Source of the DNA: Azolla caroliniana
Lineage: Eukaryota; Plantae; Polypodiophyta
DNA length: 64,000 nt
Direction: 5' to 3'
Assembly (NCBI GenBank): GCA_043228905.1
Contig: JBHGNT010000013.1
Coordinates: 1,798,001 to 1,862,000 of the forward strand
A model generated the notes under the pieces. It was not told the origin of the DNA, did not search any database, and saw only the letters and a program-made list of their open reading frames with translations. This document shows positions 11,296 through 25,164 of this stretch, one piece after another (position 1 is the stretch's first letter; each line of letters begins with the position of its first letter). Position numbers and translations under genes: made by a program.

Positions 11296-14200
11296 TGGTA
11301 TCAAAGCGATTTGGTAGCTCGATCTAGCCCATTCGCCTCATCGTGATCGTGTGTTGTGCTTTACGCTGACGACCAAGAACCAGCTCATCGCTATCGTAGC
11401 CTCGCTACATAGCTCGCATTCGAAGAGAGAAGAAGAAGAAGAAGAATCAACATAATGAATACTCAAATGGGGAGCGCTCTCCCTACCGAGAAGTTGGATC
11501 GAAACAACTTCGCATCTTGGGAGTACAAGATGCACCAATACCTTGTCGGACAAGGCTATTGGAGCTACATCAAAGGAGCACATGAAGACCAACCCGCCAA
11601 AGCGGCTCCCGGATACACGACATGGGATCAAGCCGCAAGCCGCGTGATGTATTGCTTGGCGACATGTGTTCACGATCACATGCTCGGCTACATTCGTGAA
11701 GCCAAGACGCCGAAGGAGGCATGGGAAAATCTACGAAAGATTTTCGCGGCAAACACAACCGCAAGAAGGCTTCAACTCCGCCAAGAGTTGAACAACATTT
11801 AACAAAGGGACATGTTCATTACGACATACACCTCGAAGATCAAGGAGCTTTGCGATTCACTCGGCTCAATAAGCGTAAACATCGATGATGATGAGATGGT
11901 GCAAATATGCCTCGGCGGCCTCACACCACGGTTCGGCGCGATGCGAACTGCCGTTCTAGCACGGGAGAAATCTCCCTCCTTCGAGCTCCAATCAATGTTA
12001 TTGGTCGAAGTAAACCATGTGCGTACAAGGAGCAATGAGTCGGAAGACCACATGCTCTACACGCACTCGAACGGAGGAAGAGGACGCGGATGACCGAGAG
12101 GCCGATTCAGCCAAGGACAAGGCAGACGAGGTCCGACTTACGATAACAACTCCCAATTTCGGCCGCAAAACGGAAGCCAACGAGGAGCCTTCGCAAGAAG
12201 GGGGAGCTTCCACTCCGGCCCGAGCCATCAAAACGCAACCGAATGCGGATATTACGGAAAGCTCGGCCACCACGAAGAAGAGTGCTGAAAGAAGATGCGT
12301 TAATCGGCTTCCACAAGCCGACAACTCACGAATTACGCGCACAATTCCGATTACGAAGAGTATAGAGGAATGTACGGGCACAACTCCGACTACGAGGATC
12401 GTGGCGGAATGTATGCATACAACTCCGACCGTGGCGGAATGTTTGAAATGATGAAACATAGAGCAAACTCTATGTCGGCCTCTACCTCAACTAGTGCCCT
12501 CAATCCGGAGGACGTATGGTTTGTTGACTCCGGAGCCTCAAACCATATGACATCTCATAAAGAATGGTTTCTTGAACTTCGAGAGCCGGAGCGACCCGGT
12601 TATGTCGAAACCGGAGATGACAGTACGCACCCGATTCAGCACATCGGCAATGTTCTGTTTGGAAAAGAAGGTAAGCAAAATTACATTAAAAATGTCTTGC
12701 ATGTACCGACCATTACGAAGAATTTGGTCTCCGTCGACCAAATTGTAGAGCAAGGGATGCAAGTTCGATTTAATCAAGGCAGTTGCTTCATCGAAAAAGA
12801 GGGCCGACTCATCGCACGCGGACGAAGAGAGGGCCGAATGTTCATTCTTGACCCACATGAGATGAAATCGGCCATGTTCGCAAAGGGCATGAAAGCCGAC
12901 TCCAACATAGAGTTATGGCACAAGCGGATTGGCCATATAAATCTCCAAAAGCTCAAAGCAATGAAATCGAAAGGAGTCGTCATCGGACTCCCGACATTCA
13001 AAGAGAAGGAGATTGAAGGTGTATGCGAAGCGTGCCAATTCGCCAAGCAACACCGACACCCATTCCCGAAAGAGTGGAACGTGAGCAAAGGTCTACTCAA
13101 CATAGTCCATTCCGACGTATGGGGACCAGTGCAAACGGCTACATTCGGCGGATGTCGATATTACGTGCTCTTCATCGACGACTTTTCTAGGCACACTTGG
13201 ATCTATCCGATGCGGCAAAAGAGCGAAGTGTTCGGACACTTCCAAAAATTCAAGAATGAAGTTGAGAAAGCCACGGGCCGACATGTACGATGTCTCCGAT
13301 CGGATGGCGACAAGGAGTACTTCTCGGACGATTTCACGGCGTATCTCTGAAAGGAAGGAATTCGGCGAGAATTCACTTGCCGACACACTCTGCAACAAAA
13401 CGGGGTAGCCGAGCGCAAAAATTGGAACATCCTCGAAGTAGCGCGGGCCATGATGAACAAGAAGCATATGCCCAAGTCTTATTGGGCCGAAGCTGCAAAT
13501 ACGGCCGCCTACCTAATGAACCAGTGCACAACATCCGGCGTGCACGAGGTCACTCCGCATGAAAAATACTTCGGAAAGAAGCCGAACTTATCGTACACCC
13601 GGATATTCAGCGCGATAGCGTACGTGCACATCCCCGATGAGAAGTGTCAAAAGCTTGACCCGAAGTCGGAAAAATGTATCCTCGTAGGATACTCATTGGA
13701 GCAAAAGGGGTACAAATGCTACAACCCCTCAACTCGAAAATCTCGAGTAAGTCGAGACGTCATTTTTTACGAGTCCGCATCCTGGTACACACCAGAGACA
13801 ACCTCGACTCCGACTCCGCTCGACCCGGAATTTTCCAAACAAGAGATCGAGGATGAAGATCGCCTTACGCGCATATTCGAAGAAAGTCCGATCACGACCC
13901 GATTGAGCAGACCACAAGAGCCTTTGAGCGATCAAAGCACATCACGGCCTAGCCCGAAGATGGACAAAGGCAAGGCGAAAATGTCGGAATACGAAGACGA
14001 TCGCTTCAATGACGATGAGTCGACTCACTCACTCGACAGTGAGTTCGGCGGTTTCGAGGTACCAATCGGAGCTAAGAAAGCCCTCATCTCTGCAAATGAA
14101 AAACTCTGCTGATCCACCCGTGAAAAGAACCTCGTAAGCCAATTCAGCTACAAAGATTATATGGCGTACCATTAGGCCTTTATGATGAAGGTCGCGATAG

Positions 14201-14997
14201 TACGGGAGTCGGAAACCTTTTCGGAAGCCGCAAAGGACCCGCGATGGATCGAAGCAATGAACGAGGAGATGCAGGCACTACAGAAGAACGAGACGTGGGA
14301 TCTCATTCCCACCTCACCAGACAAAAAGGCAATCAGATGCAGATGGATTTACAAAATGAAGTACAACGCTAACGGCTCCGTCAATCGCTACAAAGCGCGA
14401 CTCGTAGCGAAAGGCTACGCCCAAACGCACGGAGTTGACTACGAGGAGACCTTTGCCCCGATGGCAAAGATGACAACGGTGCGGACCGTAATTGCGCTTG
14501 CCGCGGCAAAAGGGTGGCACCTCCATCAAATGGACGTCAAGAACGCCTTTCTACAAGGCAAATTAGAAGAGGTGTACATGATACAACCACCCGGCTTCAA
14601 CGCGAGCACCCATCCGAAAGTTGTATGCCGACTGAAGAAGCCACTCTACGGCCTCAAGCAATCACCACGTGCTTGGCATTCGAAGATAACGCAATATCTT
14701 CATCAAATCGGCTTCCGTATGTCAAAATCAGACAACTCCCTCTACATACGAAGCGATTCCGCAAGTCCGATTGTCATCATCTTATATGTGGATGACCTAG
14801 TCATTGGAGGTGAGCATCTCGTCAAAATCAATAAGGTCAAATCCTTCCTTTCCGACAAGTTCGAGATGACGGACATGAAGGAGCTCCACTACTTCCTCGG
14901 CATCGAGGTAATTCGGACTCCGGCCGGAATCATGATCTCTCAACGGCACTACATCCTCAACTTGTTATACAAGTTCGGTATGGCTGAGTGCAAATCC
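10892..14997 (+). mobile_element. Ty1/Copia element A: 5' LTR, PBS, gag-PR-INT-RT; 3'-truncated
   Basis: LTR 10892-11295 (TG...TA; homologous to 29930-30315); PBS TGGTATCAAAGC 11296-11307 (iMet type). gag from 11455; PR WFVDSGASNHM; pre-INT LWHKRIGH; INT VHSDVWGP; RT YKARLVAKGY, QMDVKNAFL, LYVDDL. Several stops. RNase H and 3' LTR absent. Confidence 0.93.
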
Positions 14998-17900
14998 TTT
15001 CCCGATCAATCGGGGGCTTGTCCAGTGCAATCCTCACCACTGGACACTCGATTGCGAGTTGATTCACCACCAGAACCCCCGTCGAGCCCTCCGGACGTCA
15101 ATCAACCGGAACTAAACCCTTTTTCGGTGCTACCAGAAGACCCACAGTACGACATCATGCCGTACCCATACCCACGATATACCGACGGACCAGACGCAGA
15201 GTCACACGTCCGTGCCTTCATATCCACGTGGCAGGCTAACCACTCCACGCACCGCCTCACGCCGGCCGAAATCGATGCCTCGAAGATTGCCGAGTTCACA
15301 CTCTCCCTCGATGGACCGGCCGCACGATGGTACTCTCGTCTCGAAATAGGAGAGGCCACCACTTTCCAAATCGTGCGCACAAAGTTCCTTGAACTTTTTC
15401 ATCACGAGGTGCCTAAACGGGAACTGCTCTAGCAATTCTTCTCTATATGCCAGGAACCGCACGAAACGGTCGCGCAGTTTACGATCCGGTTCCAGGATCT
15501 CTACAGACAAGTGGTCGATGATGTCTCGGCACAACATATACCGGACACTTTCCTATCCCGTTTACGAGAGCCTCTACGAACGACTCTCGCACTTACAAAT
15601 TTCGCCAACCATACTATCGAACAAGTCATAGCGCGCGTTCTCGCCCTCGATCGGAACCAGCACGGCACGGCCTTCTCGATGACATCCTTGCAAAACGCTC
15701 TTCCCCAAGAGGAAAATCGCTTTCGCCAAGCCCTCCAATGCACTGCGTGTTCAGGATCGGGGCACCTGGCCCTCGAATGTCCCCACCGACCACAGTGTCC
15801 GATCTGTCAGTCTCGAGCTCACACGGTCAAGCAGTGCAAATATAATATGTTGAACCGCACAACGGCGGCACCGGTCCGCCAGATCGAGCCACGAAATACA
15901 TACTCTCGGCAAGACGAGCGATATATCTACCGAGACCAGGATAACGACCAACCGCGATCCCCGGATCGATGGCGCCGAGACGACGACTACCAACGTGATA
16001 ACCACCGTGATTATTATCGCGATGACCGGCACGACGATTATGCTCGATACGATGACGATCACGATGATCGGTATGACCGAAGGAACTCACGCATTGATCG
16101 GCGAAACGGCAACTGCAACTCACGCAACAATAGAAGACCTAATCACAACCGCCGACGGGACGCTCCTCAACATGACCAGCGCAACTCCAACGCACCTCGG
16201 AACAACCCACCACCAAACAAGACCGAGAATCAACAACAACAACTTCCACACACAGACTGAGCGGACACCAGCAGCTCGGCCAACGTGACATGTTTTAAAT
16301 GTAATCAACCATGCCACTACGCCACGCAATGTCCGACAACCAACCGTGGCAAGGCACCCGCGGTGAACAGTATCATGGCCGATGTTCAAACGGTCACTAC
16401 CCGGAGTAAAGCGCAGACTACTCAGTGGCAAATCCAGGATGAAGTACGTTAGGCAGCAAAAGAATGGGTCGACAAGGCCAATAAAAATAATGTCGTACGC
16501 ATGCAAACTGACATGCGGGACGGGCCCAGTGAAGTACCACAAACCTCGGCACCATCCACGTCGTCGGAGGACGACCAGCTATGGGATGTTCTTACCAAAT
16601 CCCGCATCTCGCTACCCCTACATAAACTGCTACCACTCATGCCGAGATTTCGGGACACCCTGGCGGCACTCCAGGCCAATACTAAGGCCGTGACACCACC
16701 GGTACACCTCACCGAAGCAGGAACTGGTCCACCACTCATGGATTCTCAGAACCCAACCGTGCGAATCATCATTAAGGGACAAGACCTGCACGGATGCATC
16801 ATCGACGGCGGATCCGGCGTAAACGTTATTAGCGAGTCAACGTGTCTCAACCTAGGCTTGAATCAATGGGAACCATGCCCCTTTTGGCTTCGGATGGCCG
16901 ACACCCGCTCCGTTCGCCCCATTGGTTTAATCCTCCATCTCGACTTCACACTCGGAGGCCACATGTTCACAATCTCGGCCGTCGTGCTACGACTGGAGAC
17001 ACAAGGCGCCTACCCAATGTTACTAGGTCGACCATGGTTGCGTACAGCGAATATCAAGCAACATTGGCAACGCAACATGATCTCGTTCCGAAGAGGAAAG
17101 ACAAAAGTCCGAATCATCACTTAAGAACGAGTCCCCGTCGCCCTCAACACTTCGCCGTTATACGCGGAAGGGGTCCATATGCTCGACGGGTTGGCCGATG
17201 AGGAGGTCGATGACTTCCTAGAGGATCATCCCACGATCATCCCTCTCTTTGAAATCAATGCCTTTACCAACCATCGAACCATCTAAAGACGAGGAAGTCA
17301 CGGAGGAGTCACCACCCCAGGATGAACCAGATGCAACCACAGTTGCCGAGCTACGTCATGCTCGGGAGGCTTTCGAACGCGAACTCGCCATTTCACAACG
17401 AGTGAAACCATCAACCCTGGAAACAATAAACCTCGGTTCAGACGAGAATCCCCGTACGATACAAATTGCCAATAATCTACCAACCGACGAACGGGCATGC
17501 CTCACCGACTACTAGGATGTTTTCGCTTGGTCTTACACCGATATGAAGGGGTTGGATCCTCAATACTACCAACATCAAATTCACATCTTACCCGACACTC
17601 GGCTGGTTCAGCAGAGGCGCTACAGGATGAACCCCAACTACGCCGCTAAAGTCAAAGAGGAAATTGACAAACTACTCCGAGTGGGCTTCATTCGCCCTGT
17701 TAAATGGGCTACATCGTTGAGCCCGATCGTAGTGGTCCCAAAAAAGAACGGAAAAATCCGCATCTGCGTCGACTATCGGAAGCTTAACGCGGCAACAGTC
17801 ACCGACGGTTTCCCTCTCCCATTCACGGATAGTGTCCTCGACACGGTAGCCGGCCACGAATGCTACAGTTTCCTCGACGGGTTCAGCGGCTATAACCAGA

Positions 17901-20797
17901 TAAGAATGCACCCGGAGGATCAGGAGAAGACCGCTTTCGTCACAGAATGGGGTGTTTTTGTAGCAGAAGTTATGATGTTCGGTCTAAAAACGGCGCCGGC
18001 TACGTTCTAGCGCATCATCACCGAAATCTTTCATGACTACATCCCGGCGTTCATGCAAGTCTTTCTCGACGATTTCGCCGTGTATGGCCATCGACGGGAA
18101 CACATGACCCAATTACGACTCTGCCTGGACCGATGTCGCCAAGCTCGATTGAGTTTAAACCCGGCGAAATGCGCGTTCTTAGTCACCAGCGGCAACCTTC
18201 TCGGCCACATTGTCAGTCAAGAAGGCATTGCTATGAACCCCGATAAAGTAAAGGCAATCCTGAATGCCACCGCACCCTCGAACGCTAAGGCACTAAGCCG
18301 TTTTCTGGGACAGATCCGGTGGCACAGCCAAATGATACGACACCTGGCCGATTTCACGACACCCTTACTCGCGGCAGTCCATCGCCTTCCTTTCCAATGG
18401 ACGTCAGTCGAGGACACGGCCTATCAGACCCTGAAATGAATGTTGTCACATGCCCCGGTGGTCCAGTCTCCGGTTTGGTCCGAACCGTTTCATGTCTTCG
18501 TAGATGCTTCGGACATCGCCATCGGCAGTGCCCTGATGCAATGCACACCCTCGAATTGGTATAGGCCCGTGTACTACGCCAGCCGACGGCTCTCGACCGC
18601 GGAAAAGAATTACTCCACCACCGAGCGGGAGGCCCTCGGTATGATTTATAGCATCAATAAATTTCGGCATTATCTCTTGGGCCGAAAATTTACCTTTCAC
18701 GTGGATCACTCGGCCCTTCTTTATTTGGTCAATAAACAAGCCCTCACCGGACAGTTGGCTCGGTGGATGCTCCTACTACAAGAGTTTGATTTTCAGATTC
18801 AGCATCGACCCGGGGTACAACATGCCGTCGCCGACTACTTGAGCTGTCTTGAGTCAGGAGAACCGGCGAAAACAACGTACGACGAGCTACCGGACGCCAG
18901 CCTATTTAACTTGACCACGGTACTAGACGATAACGGAGATGAATGGATCACGGAGATGACCCATTTTCTCACTACCGGTGTACCTCCCGAGCACATGACC
19001 CTTGACACGAGAAAACGCCTTGCAGTGCGTAGCCGGAATTTTTGCCTCGTCTCGGACATTCTCTACCACAAAGGCTCAGACGGCATATGGCGCCGAGCGA
19101 TTTGGCAATTCGAGAAGAACGCCGTTCTTCAGGAAGCCCACCAGGGAGTAGCTGGGGGACACTACGCCGGGGATTCCACGGCAAGGAAAGTTTGGCAAAG
19201 TGGATTATGGTGGCCAACAACAAAGAAAGACGCTCACGAGTTTTGCCGGCAGTGCGATTTGTGCCAACGTCTAGGGCAACCAATGGAACAGTCACGGATG
19301 CCACACCAGCCGATTCTTCCGTTGGACCCATTTCAAAAATGGGGTTTGGATTTTGTAGGCCCTTTCAAACCACCCGCGGCCCGAACAAGCAATAGGTATA
19401 TTATCGTTGCCACGGATTACTGCACCAAATGGGTCGAGGCTAAGGCACTCCGAGATAACACGGCGGCATCCACGGCTAAATTTGTGTACAAGCACCTTTG
19501 GTGCCGTTACAGATGTCCAATCGAGCTCGTTAGTGACCAAGGTGGGCACTTCATCAATCATATAATATGTGAGCTTACACACCACTACGCGGTGGTGCAC
19601 AAGAAAAGCACACCATACTACCCGCAGGCGAACGGCTTGGCAGAATCGATCAATAAAATCCTCCAAACCATACTGAAGAAGATCGTGAATGAAAACAAGA
19701 CCGATTGGGATGACAAACTCCAAAGCACGTTGTGGGCGTATCGTACGACTTTCAAAACAAGCATCCAATCGACCCCCTTTCGAATGGCGTTCGAGTTAGA
19801 AGCTGTAATGCCCGTAGAGTTCCAAGTCCCAAGCCTCCAAGTTCATGTCAAAGCACGGCTCCCCGAGGCCGAATCCGAGCAATACCGGCTGGAACAACTC
19901 CTCGAACTCGGGGAAGATAGGATAGAGAGTATGGCCCAGCTCGAACAACGCCAACGGCAACGCAAGGCTTTCGTGGATCGACATCGACATGGGCTAGAGA
20001 AGGAGCTCACCATCGGCAAACCAGTTCTTCTTTTCCAAACACGACTCGGGTCAATGCCGGGAAAATTAAGATTTCGGTGGACCGGTCCATTCTGGATTAT
20101 CGACGAGTTCAACGGGACGTTCCAGCTCGGCACACTCACCGGCGACACGGTCAAAAGCTGGGCCAATGGTTTTCGACTTCGACCATATCGAGGGACTACA
20201 CCACCCAAACCGTTTACCGAACCACACGGCACAAACAAGACTCGGGAGATCACCACGGAGGACGCCACGTGTCCCCCTGAATAAGGACTCACCCACCTTC
20301 TTGAAATTAATAAAAGTAGTAGTAGGTAGGATTAACCATAGTTTAGCCACTGATTAGCTACAACTACACCACCCACCTAGGCACCCACAATTTTAGGAGC
20401 ACCCCTCGCCACCACTCAGTTAATACCTATTTAAGCACATGCAAAGCACTAGAAGCACCCCACTCACCTTCAGGACACGTGGTGCTAGTCACTTATTATG
20501 GCACCCACGACTCAGAATCTTCAGGAATCGCTTCAGGCACAAAACCCTAGGAGTAAGTTACTAAAACCGTTTCCAAAACGTAGCACAGACCATTATCGCT
20601 CCCCATCTCCATCGCTCTCAAGCTCAGAACCCCCGTCTCGCCCTCATCACGCTAAGCGCTCTTGCTCTCAAGCCCTCTTTCGCTCTCATAACCCCTCTAT
20701 TGGACTTCCTCTTCCTGTTGTTCCTCCTGTGGCTCGCCCTCGCCTCATCACTTTGCTACCCGCTTCCACACAGTCGAACCCTGTCTCCATCTCCACC

Positions 20798-23176
20798 ATG
20801 CCTCTTACCGCCTCAACAGCTGGCTCCAGGAACGAGGAATGGGCGGTTACCTGAAGATCATCGATGCCCCGCGCACCCAGATGCCCAAACTGTGGCTAAA
20901 CGTATAAGTCCCGAAGCCATCACCAACAACGTGCTTCGGGCTGTTTTGGATCTGCAACGAGGAGGGGACCATGAGGTCGACATACCCCCGGCATCAAAGA
21001 TGAAGGCGTACTTCGGAAGAACAGAAAGAGCCACAACAGGAGCAAGCCTTAGTGGTCAGACAGAGCAACCTAGCCATCACCCCTGAGGAGGCATCGCTGA
21101 ACCAGGGAACGATCGAGCATGGGCAGACAACGCAGATCTCGGAGGATGAAGTCCTCGGGTATAAGGACCTCCCCGCGGAGGCTTACACATTTAGTGCGCT
21201 CCTACGCCTCGGTACGTCATTCGAGCTGGTCGACTTCCTCGCCAGAGCCCAAGTGGCGGCAGCCGCTCGAATGGCAGAGGAGCACGCCGAAACAAAAATG
21301 ATTCAATGCGCGCTAATAGGTGAAATTGAGCCCCAGGAGGACAGGGCTTTACAAAAAATCGGGAGGAAGAAGCAGGCAAAACAAGCCGCTCTCCTCATGG
21401 AGGTCCCCGAGTTGAACACAACCCTCATCGAGGCATATCGGGACCTGGATCGCACTACGCAAGCAGCCAAAGACATGGCCCGAAAGATAAAAATAGCCCA
21501 AAAACAGGCTAAGATGGCCACAGAACTATGGCACGCTGCGAACCAGAAGCTGGCAGCCTGGGAGCAAAACCGGCCAGAACAACAACTCTTGAGCCTTCTG
21601 GTAACGACCACCGAAGCCCTCCCAGCGCCTCCACACATAACAATGATGGATGCAAGCACCATCACCGACTCAATCCTGAAGGTGCAGGCCAGTACACAAA
21701 CGGACTCGTTACAAATGGTCGATGCCTGCACAACAACCGAGGCGCCCACGGCCATGGAGAAGACCGAGATACCACCACCTCGTGCACCCAAGGAGGTGGC
21801 AACCCAGACAGAACCCCCGCTCCGGGATTACCGTGCGGAGCTTAAAGAAGAACAACGGCGAACCGAGAGACACGAACAACGGCATCAAGAGGCGATGGCT
21901 CGCCTAAAAGAAGAAGCTTCCAAGCAAATGGCCGAGATAAGAGCCCAGGTCGACCAAAGGATACACGAGCAGAACCAAGCACTAGGCCGGGTACAAGCGC
22001 AAGCCGCGAGCAAGGAAGCCGAACTCAAAAGCAAGCTGGAGGAATACGCAGCCACAGTGGTGAAGAAAGAGAAGGAGGTTCTAGACCTACAGGCCGCGCT
22101 CGACAATGCAAAAGACTGGAACCAGCGGCAGGAGGAAAGAAATCGCCAACGGGAGGAGAGGATGAACGCGGAGAATGCCGAGCTGTAGAGTCAGCGTACG
22201 ACCCTTAAAGAGATGGCTGACGAGTTTTTCATCAAATGCAAGCTACTTTCGGAGCAAAAAGACGCATTATTGGATTCCTACTTCGCCCTACAAGAAGAAA
22301 GAATCGTCGAACGGGAACAAATCCGGGCCACGTGTCAGAAAGAACGGGAGCAGGCCACCGAAGAACTCACCAAGCGTTACGAGCAGGCTCTCCAGCTCGT
22401 AACCGCGGATGCAAAGAACACTCAGGCCATCTATGAGCTAAGAACACAGAAGATTCAGGCCGAGGTCGACGGCTTAAAACAGGAATTAGCAGCCATCCGA
22501 GCACAGCCCGGCATGGATGAGACACGCATTAGAATACTGATCGAGAAACAGCGCTAGCATCTTACCAAAAAGGTCGAGGAAACATTTAAGTTGCGCAGGA
22601 GACGAATGGGCAGCCCAAGCTGCCGAATTGCATATTTTACGCGCCGACGCCGAGAACCGACGGAAGGAGGGCCGCGGCTTCTACAAAATGGACGAAGCCA
22701 GCATACAAAACCTGCGTGCAGATTTAACCGAGGATTACCAGTCCTTGGCAAAATCTCACACCGCGGTAATCGAGCAAATAATGGAGGACTTCAATGACGG
22801 TCAGATGTTGTTTCGTCTGGAAGCAGAAGCCTTCGAACGAGAACGACTCGCAGCCATCCCCACCAGCCCTCCAACGGCCACAGAGCAGAAGGAAGAACCT
22901 TCCAGCAAGGAGATCACGGACACGGCACAGGAGGATCTTGCCCCGGCCAACAGACATCCCATGGACGCCCACACGGTACCAGATCCTGTCGAAGTAGAGG
23001 TCAGCGCCCACGAACCCACACCCCCACCGGAAGAATCGGCCGCACCCGAGGTGGACGCCCGAGAAGATATGCCACCCCCGGACCAAACTCAACCCCCCGC
23101 ACCGACAGTCCAACCAGACCACCCTACCACCACCCCGGACCCCGAAAGCATCCTCGACATCTTAAAGGAGGAATGA
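20798..23176 (+). pseudogene. Gypsy extra 3' ORF (~790 codons if repaired): coiled-coil with Pro/Glu-rich tail
   Basis: Kozak-like ccaccATG at 20798. ORFs 21052..22188 and 22213..22557 are in one frame, broken by TAG; 22628..23176 follows a frameshift near 22593. E/Q/A/K-rich heptad-like text. Confidence 0.75.
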
Positions 23177-23733
23177 AACGAGGATCACGCCTAAAAGGCA
23201 ATTTTTGTAATATTGTTAGTATTTTGTAAGTCGTGGGTCCTATGGACAAGGTCCTGTCCCACGGGCGTGCCAGGTGTTGTCCAGAGAGGACAGAAATGTA
23301 AAATTAGGAAATTAGCAAACGCCGAGTCCGAGTATCACGAGCCACCGACGGCTCGGCTGTGTATTAGGGGAAAAGTTATTTAAACGAGGACCAGTACCTC
23401 AGAGAAGGGAGAGAAGAAAACTATAGGCGGAAGCACTAGCTTTGTCATTCGTAATTAGATAAACTCGTAAGGTCGCCGGCCATAGGCCGTGTTCTGTAAT
23501 CTTTTCTGTCCTAGTAATATATCTGATTTGTGCCTATTTTTGTTGCATGAGTTTGTGCTTTGATCCATACATATGAGTTTCACGCCGCCACGTCTATCAA
23601 GACCTCGCTAGTGTTTTCTCTCTGAGCCCTGTATCTCTCTCGACGCCTTTGTTACGAGCCTTCACGTACCACGCCCTTGAAGACCGATAGACGCAGATCT
23701 ATCGAAGGTGTTCACCCAAAGGAACGGGTAACA
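23174..23733 (+). repeat. Gypsy 3' LTR (approximate ends)
   Basis: Purine tract AAAGGAGGAA 23164-23173, then TG; TATA-like TTATTTAAA ~23376; ends ...GGGTAACA (alternative CA at 23737). No second copy is available to confirm. Confidence 0.6.
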
Positions 23734-25164
23734 AACATATTGTTGGAATGATCTCTTATTGCTCAACTCTAGACACTACAATGTTTCAATCAAAAACATA
23801 CATTAAGTTTCTTAATATGAAGATCCAACATCTGCAAAGAGCCACAACAGTGTAGCAAATATGCTATCGAGGGCAAGATACAAGGGTGAAGAAGAGATGC
23901 AATCAGAGAATGAATATATTGATCTATCTTCTTTGAGACATCACACGACCATTATGGGAGAGCAATAAGTACTTGATAAATCTGATATTCTAGGAGGAAG
24001 AATATGATGAGTGGCTTCAATTTTAGTAATATTTGAATACTTTAATGAGTGATGGCTCATGTTCAAAAACTTACAAATTGGATGAGTACCATTGGATTTA
24101 CAGAAAAACTTACAAATTTTTCTTGTAAATAGGTACTCATGGAAGAATCCCAAGGAACATGCACGCAAAGCGAAATGAAAATTATTAATGGTTAGGGATA
24201 CAAAAGGATGTGACACATTATGTATATGCGAGGGACATGTAATTCAAGATAAAAAAGGAAATGCCACTCTAGCAATGTAAATTCCTAAAACTATAGGGTA
24301 GATTTGTAGCAATGTAAATAATAAAAACACTAGTTTGAGAAAGTAAGACTTAGCCTTCAAATACTTATTAGTCACTTAAAGTAAGATGTGATTTCAGTAT
24401 AAGATCATATGTATGTGTAGGTATCGTATGTATTTTGCTTAATTGTGTGTGTGCAAGTATGCTCTTGTGTGTGTGTGTGTGTGATAGGGGCAAGGGTAGT
24501 TTGGGTATTTGAAAAGTTTGTAAAGGGTGAACATTAGTTAGGGAATGTGGAATTCTATTAGGGGGGAGGGGCATGTGAATTCTTTCATAGGGAATGTAAA
24601 AAAGAAGTAAAGCGTGGTGTGAAACCTTGGCTCAGTGTCACGCCTTGATTCAAGGGGATTGTTGGCTCTCTCGACGGAGCCACTTTGCTCCCCAAACCTT
24701 TACATCAAGGAAGCTATATTATATCTCTTGCTCAACGACAATGTTTGGTATGTTGTTTGTGAACGGCAATAGAAAGGCATCACAAACAATATCTACATTC
24801 AAATTATGCTATTCAACACAACACTAGATCTTTCAATTCTTCTTTTGTATAATGACTGTGAAGCTAAGCCATGTAGCCTTTTTCATAGGTTGGTTGAAGA
24901 CAACCCGTAACAATTACATGGTGTTTCAATGTTCTCAACCATAGGCGCCACACCCTAATAGATATATTTCATTTGTAAATATTCTCGCATCTTGTCATTT
25001 GTAAATTCACCTTTTGATATATTCCTTCTTACCCATGAGTTATCTCCATGCTAGTTTTGGATGGGGCTTAAACAAGATTATCTTTTCCTTTTCTTGGATT
25101 TGGTAGTATTGTCTTTTTTTAATACTCATTACCTTTTTATATTGATATAATACATGTCCTTTAC

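Larger units (their letters stand above)
14998..23733 (+). mobile_element. Ty3/Gypsy element (non-chromoviral, Athila/Phygy-like), 5'-truncated, with extra 3' ORF and 3' LTR
   Basis: gag (HVRAF...LDGPAARWY; CCHC knuckles), PR IIDGGSGVN, RT RICVDYRKLN/FLDGFSGYNQI/VFLDDF, RNase H VDASDIAIG...RWMLLLQEFDF, INT HHCC plus WGLDFVGP/SDQG/QANGLAE ending 20284; no chromodomain. Several stops and frameshifts. Confidence 0.92.

Noticed and set aside
20498-23176. True retroviral env glycoprotein
   Set aside because: No convincing signal peptide or transmembrane anchor in the repaired frame; the hydrophobic start of ORF 20700 comes from a CT-rich leader with a TTG start.
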